Of a stretch of 32,568 nt of DNA, positions 16,794 to 24,640 are shown piece after piece. A program made the position numbers and the translations under genes. Below the pieces are notes generated by a model that worked only from the letters and a program-made list of their open reading frames with translations, made no database searches and had not been told where the DNA came from. Each line of letters begins with the position of its first letter. The stretch's first letter is position 1. This DNA comes from Solirubrobacterales bacterium (lineage in GTDB: Bacteria; Actinomycetota; Thermoleophilia; Solirubrobacterales; 70-9): contig DASSYK010000012.1 in the NCBI GenBank assembly GCA_035703345.1, positions 1 through 32,568 on the forward strand, written 5' to 3'.

Positions 16794-18101
16794 ATGGGAA
16801 CGCTGAAGAAACTCTGGAGTGAGCACCGCACCGCGACGCTTGTCGGCGGCGCGGTCGCCCTTGTCGCGATCGGCGGCCTGGTGGGCTACCTCATCCTCAA
16901 GCGGCCGGCAGACGTTTCCAACCCGGACGCGGCCTTCGAGGTCACCGACCAGGGCCAGGAGCCGATCGGGGTCGCCAACTGGCCCCTCTACGGCCTCAAC
17001 CCGCAGCGCACCCGCTACCTGCCGACCGAGGGCGTGAAGCCCCCGTTCCGTGTCGCCTGGACCTTCAACGGGCGCAAGCTCCTCGAGTACTCGCCCGTCC
17101 TGCACGGCGAGCAGATCTTCGGGATCAACAACAACGGCGAGGCCTTCTCGGTGAAGACGCGCAACGGCAAGATCCGCTGGCGCCGCGAGATCGCCAGGCT
17201 GAACGCCGCCGCCCCCGCCTACCACGACAAGTGGCTCTACTTCGCGAACCTCGAGCCGGGCCAGGTCCTCGGCGTGAGCGCGAAGACCGGGAACACGCGC
17301 TGGAAGCGGCCGCTGCCGGGCCGCACCGAGACCTCGCCGGTGGTGGTCAAGGACCGCCTGATCGTCGGCTGCGAGTGCGGGAAGCTCTACGCCCTCGACC
17401 GCCTCAGCGGCAAGACGATCTGGGAGACGGACCTGCCGGGAGAGGTCAAGGCCGCGCCCGCGATCAGCGACGGGGTCGCCTACATCGGCGACTACAGCGG
17501 CACCATGAGCGCTGTCCGGCTCAACGACGGCTCGATCAAGTGGCAGTCGAGCTCCCAGGGCACGGGCTTCAGCGCCGGCGCCTTCTACGGCACGGCGGCG
17601 GTGGCGTTCGGCCGTGTCTACGCGGGCTCCAAGGACGGCCGCGTCTACAGCTGGGAGAAGGAGAGCGGGGATCTGGCCTGGAGCCACACGATCGGCGGCG
17701 AGGTCTACGCCGGCGCGGTCGCAGCCGACACCCCGAACACCGAGCCCACCGTGTACTTCGGCGTCTTCGGCGGCAGCACGTTCTACGCGCTGGATGCCCG
17801 CAGCGGGGACGAGCGCTGGTCGGCCGATGCCGGCGGGTCGGTGATCGGAGCAGCCAGCCTGATCGGCGAGACCGTCTACGTCGCGAACCTCGACACCACG
17901 GAGACCTACGCGTTCAACGCCGCGAACGGCGAGCGCATCTGGACCTTCCGCGACGGCGCCTACAACCCCATCATCTCCGACGGCAAGCGCCTCTACCTGA
18001 CCGGCTACAAGACGATCTACGCGATGCGGCCGGGCAAGCCGAAGACGGGCAAGCCGGGCGGCGGCAAGGGCGACGGCAAGGAGAAGGGCGGCAAGAAGTA
18101 G
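16794..18101 (+). CDS. Membrane-anchored PQQ-like (BamB-type) beta-propeller repeat protein with a Lys/Gly-rich tail (435 aa)
   Basis: ATG at 16794 after GCAGGGACGAG, and an N-terminal TM helix LVGGAVALVAIGGLVGYLIL. The repeat units are GKLYALDRLSGKTIWE, GRVYSWEKESGDLAWS, STFYALDARSGDERWS and ETYAFNAANGERIWTF. Confidence 0.75.
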   Translation: MGTLKKLWSEHRTATLVGGAVALVAIGGLVGYLILKRPADVSNPDAAFEVTDQGQEPIGVANWPLYGLNPQRTRYLPTEGVKPPFRVAWTFNGRKLLEYSPVLHGEQIFGINNNGEAFSVKTRNGKIRWRREIARLNAAAPAYHDKWLYFANLEPGQVLGVSAKTGNTRWKRPLPGRTETSPVVVKDRLIVGCECGKLYALDRLSGKTIWETDLPGEVKAAPAISDGVAYIGDYSGTMSAVRLNDGSIKWQSSSQGTGFSAGAFYGTAAVAFGRVYAGSKDGRVYSWEKESGDLAWSHTIGGEVYAGAVAADTPNTEPTVYFGVFGGSTFYALDARSGDERWSADAGGSVIGAASLIGETVYVANLDTTETYAFNAANGERIWTFRDGAYNPIISDGKRLYLTGYKTIYAMRPGKPKTGKPGGGKGDGKEKGGKK

Positions 18102-18120
18102 CGCCGCCTCCGGCGGGCCC

Positions 18121-18909
18121 TCAGGTCCGCACCGGGATCCCGGCCTCCGCCATCCGCTGCTTCGCCTCGGCGACCGTGTAGTCGCCGTAGTGGAAGATCG
18201 AGGCGCAGAGCACGGCGTCGGCGTGGCCGTCGCCGATCGCCTCGACGAGGTGGTCGAGGTTGCCGGCGCCGCCGGATGCGATCACGGGGACGTCCACGGC
18301 GTCGGCGACGGCGCGGGTCAGCTCCAGCTCGTAACCGTCGTTGGTGCCGTCTCGGTCCATGCTCGTCAGCAGCACCTCCCCAGCTCCGCGCCGGGTCGCC
18401 TCCCGCGCCCACTCGACGGCCTCGCGGCCCTCCACCTTGGTGCGTCCTCCGTGCGTGTAGACGTCCCACTCGGGCCGCTCGCACGCCGGCGACGCGAGGG
18501 CCGGGTCGCGGCGCCGGGCATCGATCGCGATCACGACGCACTGAGCCCCGAAGACCTCGGCCAGCTCGCCGATCAGCTCGGGGCGCGCCAGCGCGGCCGA
18601 GTTGACCGAGACCTTGTCGGCGCCGGCGTCGAGCACCGCCTGCGCGTCCTCGACGGAGCGGATGCCGCCTCCGATCGTGAACGGGATGAAGACGTTGTCG
18701 GCAGTGCGGCGGGCCAGCTCGACGATGGTGTCGCGGCTCTCGTGCGACGCGGTGATGTCGAGGAAGATCAGCTCGTCCGCGCCCTCGGCGTCGTAGCGCT
18801 CGGCGAGCTCGACGGGATCGCCCGCGTCGCGGATGTCGACGAAGTTCGTGCCCTTGACGACACGGCCGGAGTCCACGTCCAGGCAGGGGATCACGCGCTT
18901 CAGCACCAT
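18121..18909 (-). CDS. hisF: Imidazole glycerol phosphate synthase cyclase subunit (262 aa)
   Basis: Motifs RVIPCLDV and [11 protein letters not shown], and HisF-like along the full length. Confidence 0.95.
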   Translation of the reverse strand: MVLKRVIPCLDVDSGRVVKGTNFVDIRDAGDPVELAERYDAEGADELIFLDITASHESRDTIVELARRTADNVFIPFTIGGGIRSVEDAQAVLDAGADKVSVNSAALARPELIGELAEVFGAQCVVIAIDARRRDPALASPACERPEWDVYTHGGRTKVEGREAVEWAREATRRGAGEVLLTSMDRDGTNDGYELELTRAVADAVDVPVIASGGAGNLDHLVEAIGDGHADAVLCASIFHYGDYTVAEAKQRMAEAGIPVRT

Positions 18910-18965
18910 CCGCCGCAGGGTAGCCGGGAGCCGCGCTCAGCCGGGATCGCGAGGGTCGGCGGGGC

Positions 18966-19183
18966 TCAGGCCGCGCCGGCGGCGGCCAGCGCTCCCTCCG
19001 GATCCACGAACGCTCGCCGCCGGACGATCTTGCCGTCCTCGAACCAGTAGGTGGAGTACGCGCGCATCTCGACCTCGATCCCGCTCTCGAGTCCCCGAGC
19101 CTCGAGGTGCTCGGTCACGACCAGCACGTCGTCGGCGTCGTGAAGGACTCCTGGCCGCGGCGAAGCTTCTCCAGGTTGCTCAA
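18966..19183 (-). pseudogene. Internally deleted, frameshifted remnant of a SnoaL_2/NTF2-fold gene
   Basis: The TTG at 19183 overlaps the doxX stop (TTGA) and encodes (M)SNLEKLRRGQESF, a typical N-terminus for this family, before a stop at 19115. A different frame then encodes the typical family C-terminus DADDVLVVTEHLEARGLESGIEVEMRAYSTYWFEDGKIVRRRAFVDPEGALAAAG, ending at 18966. The middle third of the fold is missing. Confidence 0.5.
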
Positions 19184-19545
19184 TCCGGTTCGTCCCAGTC
19201 GCCCGCTGCGTAGGCCCACGCGATGAAGAGGGCCTGCACCGGCAGACGAGCCCACAGCGCGGCCTCGCCGCCGGGTACGTCCTTGAAGTCGCCGGCGTTG
19301 ATCGCCATGTGCACGTTCGCGGGGAAGACGGCGAGCAGCGTCGCGATGCTGAAGGCGCTGCCGAAGCGCCGGGTGGCCGGGTGGAGCGTGGCGAGCCCGC
19401 CGGCGATCTCGGCGACACCGCTCGCGTAGACCGTCTCTCGGTGCGCCGGGACGTACGGCGGCATGATCCGCTCGTACCAGCGGGGCTTGAGGAAGTGCAT
19501 CACCCCGGCCAAGACGAAGAACGGCCCGAAGAGCCGGCGCAACAT
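19180..19545 (-). CDS. DoxX-like family membrane protein (121 aa)
   Basis: About four hydrophobic segments and DoxX-like motifs (FFVLAGVMHFLKP, VAEIAGGL). The ATG at 19545 lies 9 nt after the hisA stop. Confidence 0.7.
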   Translation of the reverse strand: MLRRLFGPFFVLAGVMHFLKPRWYERIMPPYVPAHRETVYASGVAEIAGGLATLHPATRRFGSAFSIATLLAVFPANVHMAINAGDFKDVPGGEAALWARLPVQALFIAWAYAAGDWDEPD

Positions 19546-19554
19546 GAGCCGACT

Positions 19555-20280
19555 CTATCCGCCGAGCGCGGCCTGGGCCTCCGTGACGCCGAATCTCCCC
19601 TCGTACAGAGCCCTGCCGACGATCACGCCGCCGACGTTGCCGAGGCCGAGCGAGCCGAGGGCGTCGAGATCCTCGAGCGACCCGACGCCGCCCGAGTAGA
19701 TCAGCTCGGACTCCGTCGAATGGGCCAGCTCCACGAGCGAGTCCAGGTCCGGGCCCTCCATCAGGCCGTCCACCTCGACGGGCGTGTAGACGAAGCGCTG
19801 GATGCCGCGCTCGGTGAGATGCGCAATCACCTCGGCAGGCCCGGATCCGGACTCCCGGGTCCAGCCCTCGGCGGCGACGCGTCCCGCGCGGGCGTCGACC
19901 GAGGCGACGACGCGGTCGGAATGCGCGGCGGCGATCGCCTCGGCCACGTCGGGGTCGCGGACCGCGGCCGTGCCGAGGATGACGCGCTCGACCCCGGTCG
20001 CGATCGCCTCCTCGACCTTGCCGGAGTCGCGCAGGCCACCCCCGAGCTGGATCGGGATGCTCGTCGCGGCGACGATGCGCCGCACCTGGTCGAGGTTGAC
20101 CGGCTCGCCGGTCCTGGCCCCGTCGAGATCGACGACGTGCAGCCAGCGCGCGCCGTCCTCCTGCCAGCGAAGCGCCGCGTCGACGGGATCGGCGTCGTAG
20201 ACCGTCTCGCGGTCGTAGTCGCCCTGCGTGAGGCGGACGGCATGGCCGTCGCGGATGTCGATCGCGGGGTAGAGGATCAA
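19555..20280 (-). CDS. hisA: ProFAR isomerase HisA (possibly PriA-type), 241 aa
   Basis: Motif [16 protein letters not shown]. The TTG start at 20280 overlaps the hisH stop (TTGA). Confidence 0.92.
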   Translation of the reverse strand: MILYPAIDIRDGHAVRLTQGDYDRETVYDADPVDAALRWQEDGARWLHVVDLDGARTGEPVNLDQVRRIVAATSIPIQLGGGLRDSGKVEEAIATGVERVILGTAAVRDPDVAEAIAAAHSDRVVASVDARAGRVAAEGWTRESGSGPAEVIAHLTERGIQRFVYTPVEVDGLMEGPDLDSLVELAHSTESELIYSGGVGSLEDLDALGSLGLGNVGGVIVGRALYEGRFGVTEAQAALGG

Positions 20281-20903
20281 GACGACGAGGCGCAGACGCC
20301 CGCGAAGTTGCGCAGCAGGCCGAGGCCGGCCGCGCTCGACTTCTCGGGGTGGAACTGGACGCCGTACAGCGGCCCGCGCTCGACGGCGCAGACGAAGCGC
20401 TCACCGTAGGCCGCGGTGCCGAGCACGTCGTCCGGGCGCTCGGGGCGCGGGACGAAGGAGTGGACGAAGTAGAACGGGGTCTCGGCGCCGAGCCCCGCGG
20501 TCAGCCGCGAGTCGTGCTCCCAGCGCACGGGCGACCAGCCGATGTGCGGGACCTTGTAGCCGTTGGCGGCGAGCGGCCCGACCGGCCCCGGCATCAGCCC
20601 GAGGCCGCTCGCTCCCTCGTTCTCGACGCTGTCCTCGAACAGGAGCTGCAGCCCGAGGCAGACGCCGAGCACGGGCCTGCCCTCCGCCACCCGGGCGGCG
20701 ACGAAGTCGTCGAAGCCGTCGGCGCGGATGCGCGCCATCGCCTTCGGGAACGCGCCCACGCCCGGGAGGATCACGCCGTCCGCCCGCGCCGCCAGCTCGA
20801 GATCGGCGGTCCGGGTCGCCTCGGCGCCGATGTGCTCGAGCGCCTTCTCGACCGAGCGGAGGTTGCCCATCCCGTAATCCAGGATCGCGATCGAGGCGCT
20901 CAT
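20277..20903 (-). CDS. hisH: Imidazole glycerol phosphate synthase glutaminase subunit (208 aa)
   Basis: Motifs [14 protein letters not shown] and GVCLGLQLL (the nucleophilic Cys). The ATG at 20903 overlaps the hisB stop (ATGA). Confidence 0.93.
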   Translation of the reverse strand: MSASIAILDYGMGNLRSVEKALEHIGAEATRTADLELAARADGVILPGVGAFPKAMARIRADGFDDFVAARVAEGRPVLGVCLGLQLLFEDSVENEGASGLGLMPGPVGPLAANGYKVPHIGWSPVRWEHDSRLTAGLGAETPFYFVHSFVPRPERPDDVLGTAAYGERFVCAVERGPLYGVQFHPEKSSAAGLGLLRNFAGVCASSS

Positions 20904-21490
20904 CCGCTCAGCGTCCCCTTGGTCGAGGGGACCCCGGTCTCGTCCGGGTCGATCGAGACGGCCTCGCGCAGCGCGCGGGCGAACGCCTTGAACGCGGCCT
21001 CGATCATGTGATGCACGTTGGCTCCGTAGCGGATCTCCAGGTGCAGGGTGAGCTTGGCGTTGTTGGCCACCGCCCGGAAGAACTCCTCGGCCAGCTCGCT
21101 GTCGAAGTTCGCGATCGCGACGTCGGGCAGCTCGGCCTCCCAGACGGTCATCGGCCGCCCTGAGATGTCGAGCGCGCACTCGGCGAGCGCCTCGTCCATC
21201 GGCGCGAGCGCCGAGCCGTAGCGTCGGATCCCGGCGCGGTCGCCGAGCGCCTGGTCGATGGCCTGGCCGAGCACGATGCCGACGTCCTCCACGGTGTGGT
21301 GCCCGCCCGTCTCCAGGTCGCCGGTGGCCTCGACCTCGAGGCCGAGGCGGCCGTGGCGCGCGAGCAGGTCGAGCATGTGGTCGAAGAATCCGACCCCCGT
21401 CTTGGCGCTCGCCTCTCCCCCGTCCAGCGACAGGCGCAGCGAGACCCGTGTTTCCTTTGTCTCGCGCTTGATCTCTGCGGTGCGGCTCAC
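20900..21490 (-). CDS. hisB: Imidazoleglycerol-phosphate dehydratase, monofunctional (196 aa)
   Basis: Motifs [16 protein letters not shown] and [16 protein letters not shown]. The GTG at 21490 overlaps the hisD stop (GTGA). Confidence 0.93.
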   Translation of the reverse strand: MSRTAEIKRETKETRVSLRLSLDGGEASAKTGVGFFDHMLDLLARHGRLGLEVEATGDLETGGHHTVEDVGIVLGQAIDQALGDRAGIRRYGSALAPMDEALAECALDISGRPMTVWEAELPDVAIANFDSELAEEFFRAVANNAKLTLHLEIRYGANVHHMIEAAFKAFARALREAVSIDPDETGVPSTKGTLSG

Positions 21491-22776
21491 GCTCGCTCCC
21501 CTTGCTCGTCTTCGAGGCGGGCCTCGACCGACTCTGCGTGAACCGGGAAGCCCTCGGCGCGGGCCAGGGTAGCGACAGCGGGAGCGAGCCCCTGGGCGGC
21601 CTCCTGCGTGACGGTGACAGCGCCGATCCGGCGCCGGAAGACGGTCGGGCCCAGCGGGCCCGTGTAGCGGCCGGCGCCGCCCGTGGGAAGCACGTGGTTG
21701 GAGCCGGCCGCGTAGTCGCCGAAAGCGGTTGCGCCGCGGTCGCCGACGAAGACGCACCCGGCGGTGCTGACGCTCGCGGCGAGCGCCTCGGCGCCTTCGC
21801 AGGCGAGCTCGAGATGCTCGGGGGCGAGGGCGTCGGACAGCTCGAGCGCCGCCTCGGGCGAGGGGACCTTGACCAGCGCGAAGGGGGCATCTCCGACGGC
21901 GTCCCGCGCCGAGGCCGCCTCGTCGACGGCGCGCTCGATGCCCGCCAGCGTCTCGTCGGCGGCGGCGGCCGCCACGAGCAGCCCGTCGTCGCCGTGCTCG
22001 GCCTGCGCGCAGAGGTCGAGGGCGAGCCAGTCGGGGTTCGCGTCCTCGTCGAGGATCACCATCAGCTCGCTGGGCCCGGCGATACCGTCGATGCCGACCC
22101 GGCCGTAGAGCTGGCGCTTGGCCTCCTGCACGTAGCGATTCCCCGGGCCGACGATCACGTCGACCGGCGCGATGCTCTCGGTGCCGAGGGCGAGGGCGGC
22201 GATCGCCTGCACCCCGCCCGTCGCGTAGACCTCGTCCGCGCCCGCGATCGCGGATGCCGCCAGCACCGCCGGATTCGGCGCACCGCCCGAGGCGGGCGGG
22301 GAGACGACGGCGACCCGCTCCACCCCGGCCACCTTGGCCGGCACACAGCACATCAGGACGGTTGAGGGGTAGGCGGCATTGCCGCCCGGCGCGTAGGCCC
22401 CGGCCGCTGCCACAGGCACGCTGCGCAGCCGCACGGCCTGGCCCTGCGGGAGCGTGACCCTCAGGTCCGCCATCGCCTCCGCCTCGGCGACGCGCCGGAT
22501 GTTCCCGGCGGCGAGCTCGAGAGCCGCGGAGAGGTCCTCGGGGACCGCGGCGCGCGCGGCGTCGGCGTCGGCGGGATCGACGGACAGGGACTCGGGCCTG
22601 GCCCCGCCGAAGCGCTCCTCCGCCTCCAGCACGGCCGCGTCGCCACCCCGCTCCACCTCGTCGATGATCCGGGCGACGGCGTCGGCCACCTCGCCGGGCG
22701 GCGGCTGCAGGGCGCGCAGCTCGGCCGCAAGGCCGCGGGCGTCGCTCCCGTCCCAGTCGAAGCGCGAGACCTTCAC
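21487..22776 (-). CDS. hisD: Histidinol dehydrogenase (429 aa)
   Basis: Motifs [11 protein letters not shown] and QAEHGDD. The GTG at 22776 overlaps the hisG stop (GTGA). Confidence 0.95.
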   Translation of the reverse strand: MKVSRFDWDGSDARGLAAELRALQPPPGEVADAVARIIDEVERGGDAAVLEAEERFGGARPESLSVDPADADAARAAVPEDLSAALELAAGNIRRVAEAEAMADLRVTLPQGQAVRLRSVPVAAAGAYAPGGNAAYPSTVLMCCVPAKVAGVERVAVVSPPASGGAPNPAVLAASAIAGADEVYATGGVQAIAALALGTESIAPVDVIVGPGNRYVQEAKRQLYGRVGIDGIAGPSELMVILDEDANPDWLALDLCAQAEHGDDGLLVAAAAADETLAGIERAVDEAASARDAVGDAPFALVKVPSPEAALELSDALAPEHLELACEGAEALAASVSTAGCVFVGDRGATAFGDYAAGSNHVLPTGGAGRYTGPLGPTVFRRRIGAVTVTQEAAQGLAPAVATLARAEGFPVHAESVEARLEDEQGERA

Positions 22777-23453
22777 GACGTCGCCTTCCTCAGGCGCTCG
22801 ACCAGGTCGTCGACCTCGGCCGCGCGCAGCTTGTGCGAGACGCGGTTGGCGACCAGGCGCGCGGTCGAGGGCGCGATCTCCTCGCGCACCTCGAGCCCGT
22901 TCTCGGCGAGGGTCCGCCCGGTGGCGACGAGGTCGACGATGCCGTCGGCGAGGCCGACCAGTGGCGCCAGCTCGACCGAGCCCTTGACCTCGATCACCTC
23001 GGCCTGGCGGCCGGTCTCGTCGAAGTAGCGCTCGGCGATGCGCGGGTACTTGGTCGCGATCCGCATCGCCCCGGTGCGGCGCTCCGCCTCATCCAGGCTC
23101 CCGTCGCCGGTCCGGGCCGCCAGAACCATCCGGCAGCCGCCGAAGCGCAGGTCGAGGATCTCGTAGACGATCCGGTCGCTCTGCTCCATCAGCACGTCCT
23201 TGCCGGTGATCCCGACGTCGGCGGCGCCCGCCTCGACGTACGTGGGCACGTCGGAGGGCCGCATCGTCACGATCGTCAGCTCCCCGACTTCGAAGATCAG
23301 GGAGCGCGAGTCGCCGCGCATCTCGGAGGTGTCGAGCCCGATCGCGTCCAGCGCGTCGAGCGTCTCGCCGAACAGCGCGCCGCGCGGCAGCGCGAGCTTC
23401 AGCGAGCCCCCGATGCGGGCCCGGACGGGACCCTCGACCGTCGGCGGGGTCAC
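22773..23453 (-). CDS. hisG: ATP phosphoribosyltransferase catalytic subunit, short form (226 aa)
   Basis: Motifs [18 protein letters not shown] and [24 protein letters not shown], with no C-terminal regulatory domain. The GTG at 23453 overlaps the hisZ stop (GTGA). Confidence 0.9.
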   Translation of the reverse strand: MTPPTVEGPVRARIGGSLKLALPRGALFGETLDALDAIGLDTSEMRGDSRSLIFEVGELTIVTMRPSDVPTYVEAGAADVGITGKDVLMEQSDRIVYEILDLRFGGCRMVLAARTGDGSLDEAERRTGAMRIATKYPRIAERYFDETGRQAEVIEVKGSVELAPLVGLADGIVDLVATGRTLAENGLEVREEIAPSTARLVANRVSHKLRAAEVDDLVERLRKATS

Positions 23454-24448
23454 TTGCCCGTCTCCTCCGCCATGCGCTCCTCCTCCATCTGGGCGAGATG
23501 CACCCGCTCCAGGTAGAGGCTGAACCCGGCGGCCGGCATCTCCATCCCGAAGCGGGCGAGCAGGTTGTCATAGCGGCCGCCGCCGCCGAGGATGTGGCCG
23601 AGGGCCGGGTCGTAGACCTCGAGGATCGCGCCCGTGTAGTAGCCGAGGTCGCGGACCAGGCTGAAGTCGATCTGGAGCCGCCCCGCGACGCCCCGCTCCG
23701 CGAGGGCGTCGTAGGTGGCCCTCAGGCGCTCGGTCGCGCGCTCCACGGCGCCGCCGCCGAGCTCGTGAGCCTGCTCGAGGACCTCCGCCCCGCCCCGCAG
23801 GCCCGGCAGCCGCAGCAGTGCCTCGCGGCCGTCATCCGAGAGCCCCTCGAGGGCGTCGACCTCCTGCTCGAGCCCGACCAGGTCGTGCGCGGAGAGGCGA
23901 TCGAGGACCCGGCGGCGCGGCTCGTCCTCGACGCCCAGCTCGGCCAGCAGCTGCGGGTAGACGTCGGCGTTGCCCAGGCCGACCACCGCGCGGTTGAGGC
24001 CGACGGCGTCGAGCGCGGCGCTCAGCACGCCGATCACCTCGGCGGTGCCCTCGGGCGCAGGCGCGCCGAGCAGCTCCACCCCCGCGTGCATGAACTGGCG
24101 CATCTGCGCGCGGCCCTGCGTGACCGACCGGTAGGCGTTGCCGATGTAGGAGAAGCGGAGCGGCGGCTCGGCCTCCGCGTAGCGGCTCGCGGCGAGACGC
24201 GCGATCGGGATCGTCATGTCCGAGCGCAGCGCCAGCAGGTCGCCGCGCTCGTCGAAGAAGCGGTAGGCGCCCACGGCGCCGCGCTCGTCGCCGCGCTTCA
24301 GCACCTCGTCGTATTCGAGAGTCGGCGTCGCAACCTGGCCGTAGCCGTGACCCTCGAACACCTCGACCAGCGTGCCCTGCAGGGCGCGCAGCTCGCGCAT
24401 CTCGTCCGCGAGGATGTCCCGCGTTCCGGGTGGGATGGGATGGATCAT
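23450..24448 (-). CDS. hisZ: ATP phosphoribosyltransferase regulatory subunit (HisRS paralogue), about 332 aa
   Basis: Motifs PPGTRDILADEMRELRAL and LRFSYIGNAYR. I preferred the ATG at 24448 because AAGGTGG lies 8 nt upstream of it. The GTG at 24460 is an in-frame alternative. Confidence 0.85.
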   Translation of the reverse strand: MIHPIPPGTRDILADEMRELRALQGTLVEVFEGHGYGQVATPTLEYDEVLKRGDERGAVGAYRFFDERGDLLALRSDMTIPIARLAASRYAEAEPPLRFSYIGNAYRSVTQGRAQMRQFMHAGVELLGAPAPEGTAEVIGVLSAALDAVGLNRAVVGLGNADVYPQLLAELGVEDEPRRRVLDRLSAHDLVGLEQEVDALEGLSDDGREALLRLPGLRGGAEVLEQAHELGGGAVERATERLRATYDALAERGVAGRLQIDFSLVRDLGYYTGAILEVYDPALGHILGGGGRYDNLLARFGMEMPAAGFSLYLERVHLAQMEEERMAEETGK

Positions 24449-24640
24449 GCGGCGGTCCACCTTAGAGGTGGGCAGGTGGTCGTCCGCAAGCGGGGTCGCG
24501 GCTCGGCTTCAGGGTCTCCCCCGCTCGCGTCACACGGGCGAAGCCTCCGCAGCCCCCACGCAGGCGTCGCAACCGCGTACGCCCGCAGGCGAAGCCGAGG
24601 ACGTGCGCGTTGATGCCGAGGAGATGCCGGCCGATGACGG
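24449..24640 (-). promoter_or_regulatory. Structured 5' leader of the his operon with an SD-sequestering hairpin, possibly T-box-like
   Basis: The SD AAGGUGG (24463..24457) is complementary to two upstream CCACCU copies (24471..24466 and 24479..24474). A 9-bp long-range stem pairs CUCGGCUUC (24599..24591) with GAAGCCGAG (24510..24502). A second GGCUUCGCC copy could compete for the same partner. GGUGGACCGC resembles the T-box core. Confidence 0.35.

Noticed and set aside
15558-17687. N-terminal extensions of ORF-track models: cca (709 aa), rseP (485 aa), proC (495 aa), yggS (462 aa), hisH (537 aa), hisB (483 aa), lspA (222 aa), rluD (365 aa), the zinc-ribbon gene (460 aa), cdsA (386 aa) and pgeF (287 aa).
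   Set aside because: In each case the recognisable domain begins at an internal ATG, GTG or TTG that coincides with the upstream gene's stop codon or a short spacer. The extra N-terminal sequence overlaps a neighbouring real gene and looks like compositional noise.
24449-24640. A classical histidine attenuator, meaning a leader peptide with a run of His codons, upstream of hisZ.
   Set aside because: The leader contains no ATG-initiated mini-ORF. The only GTG frame (VGAAEASPV*) has no His codons, and no terminator-type hairpin with a U-tract is present.
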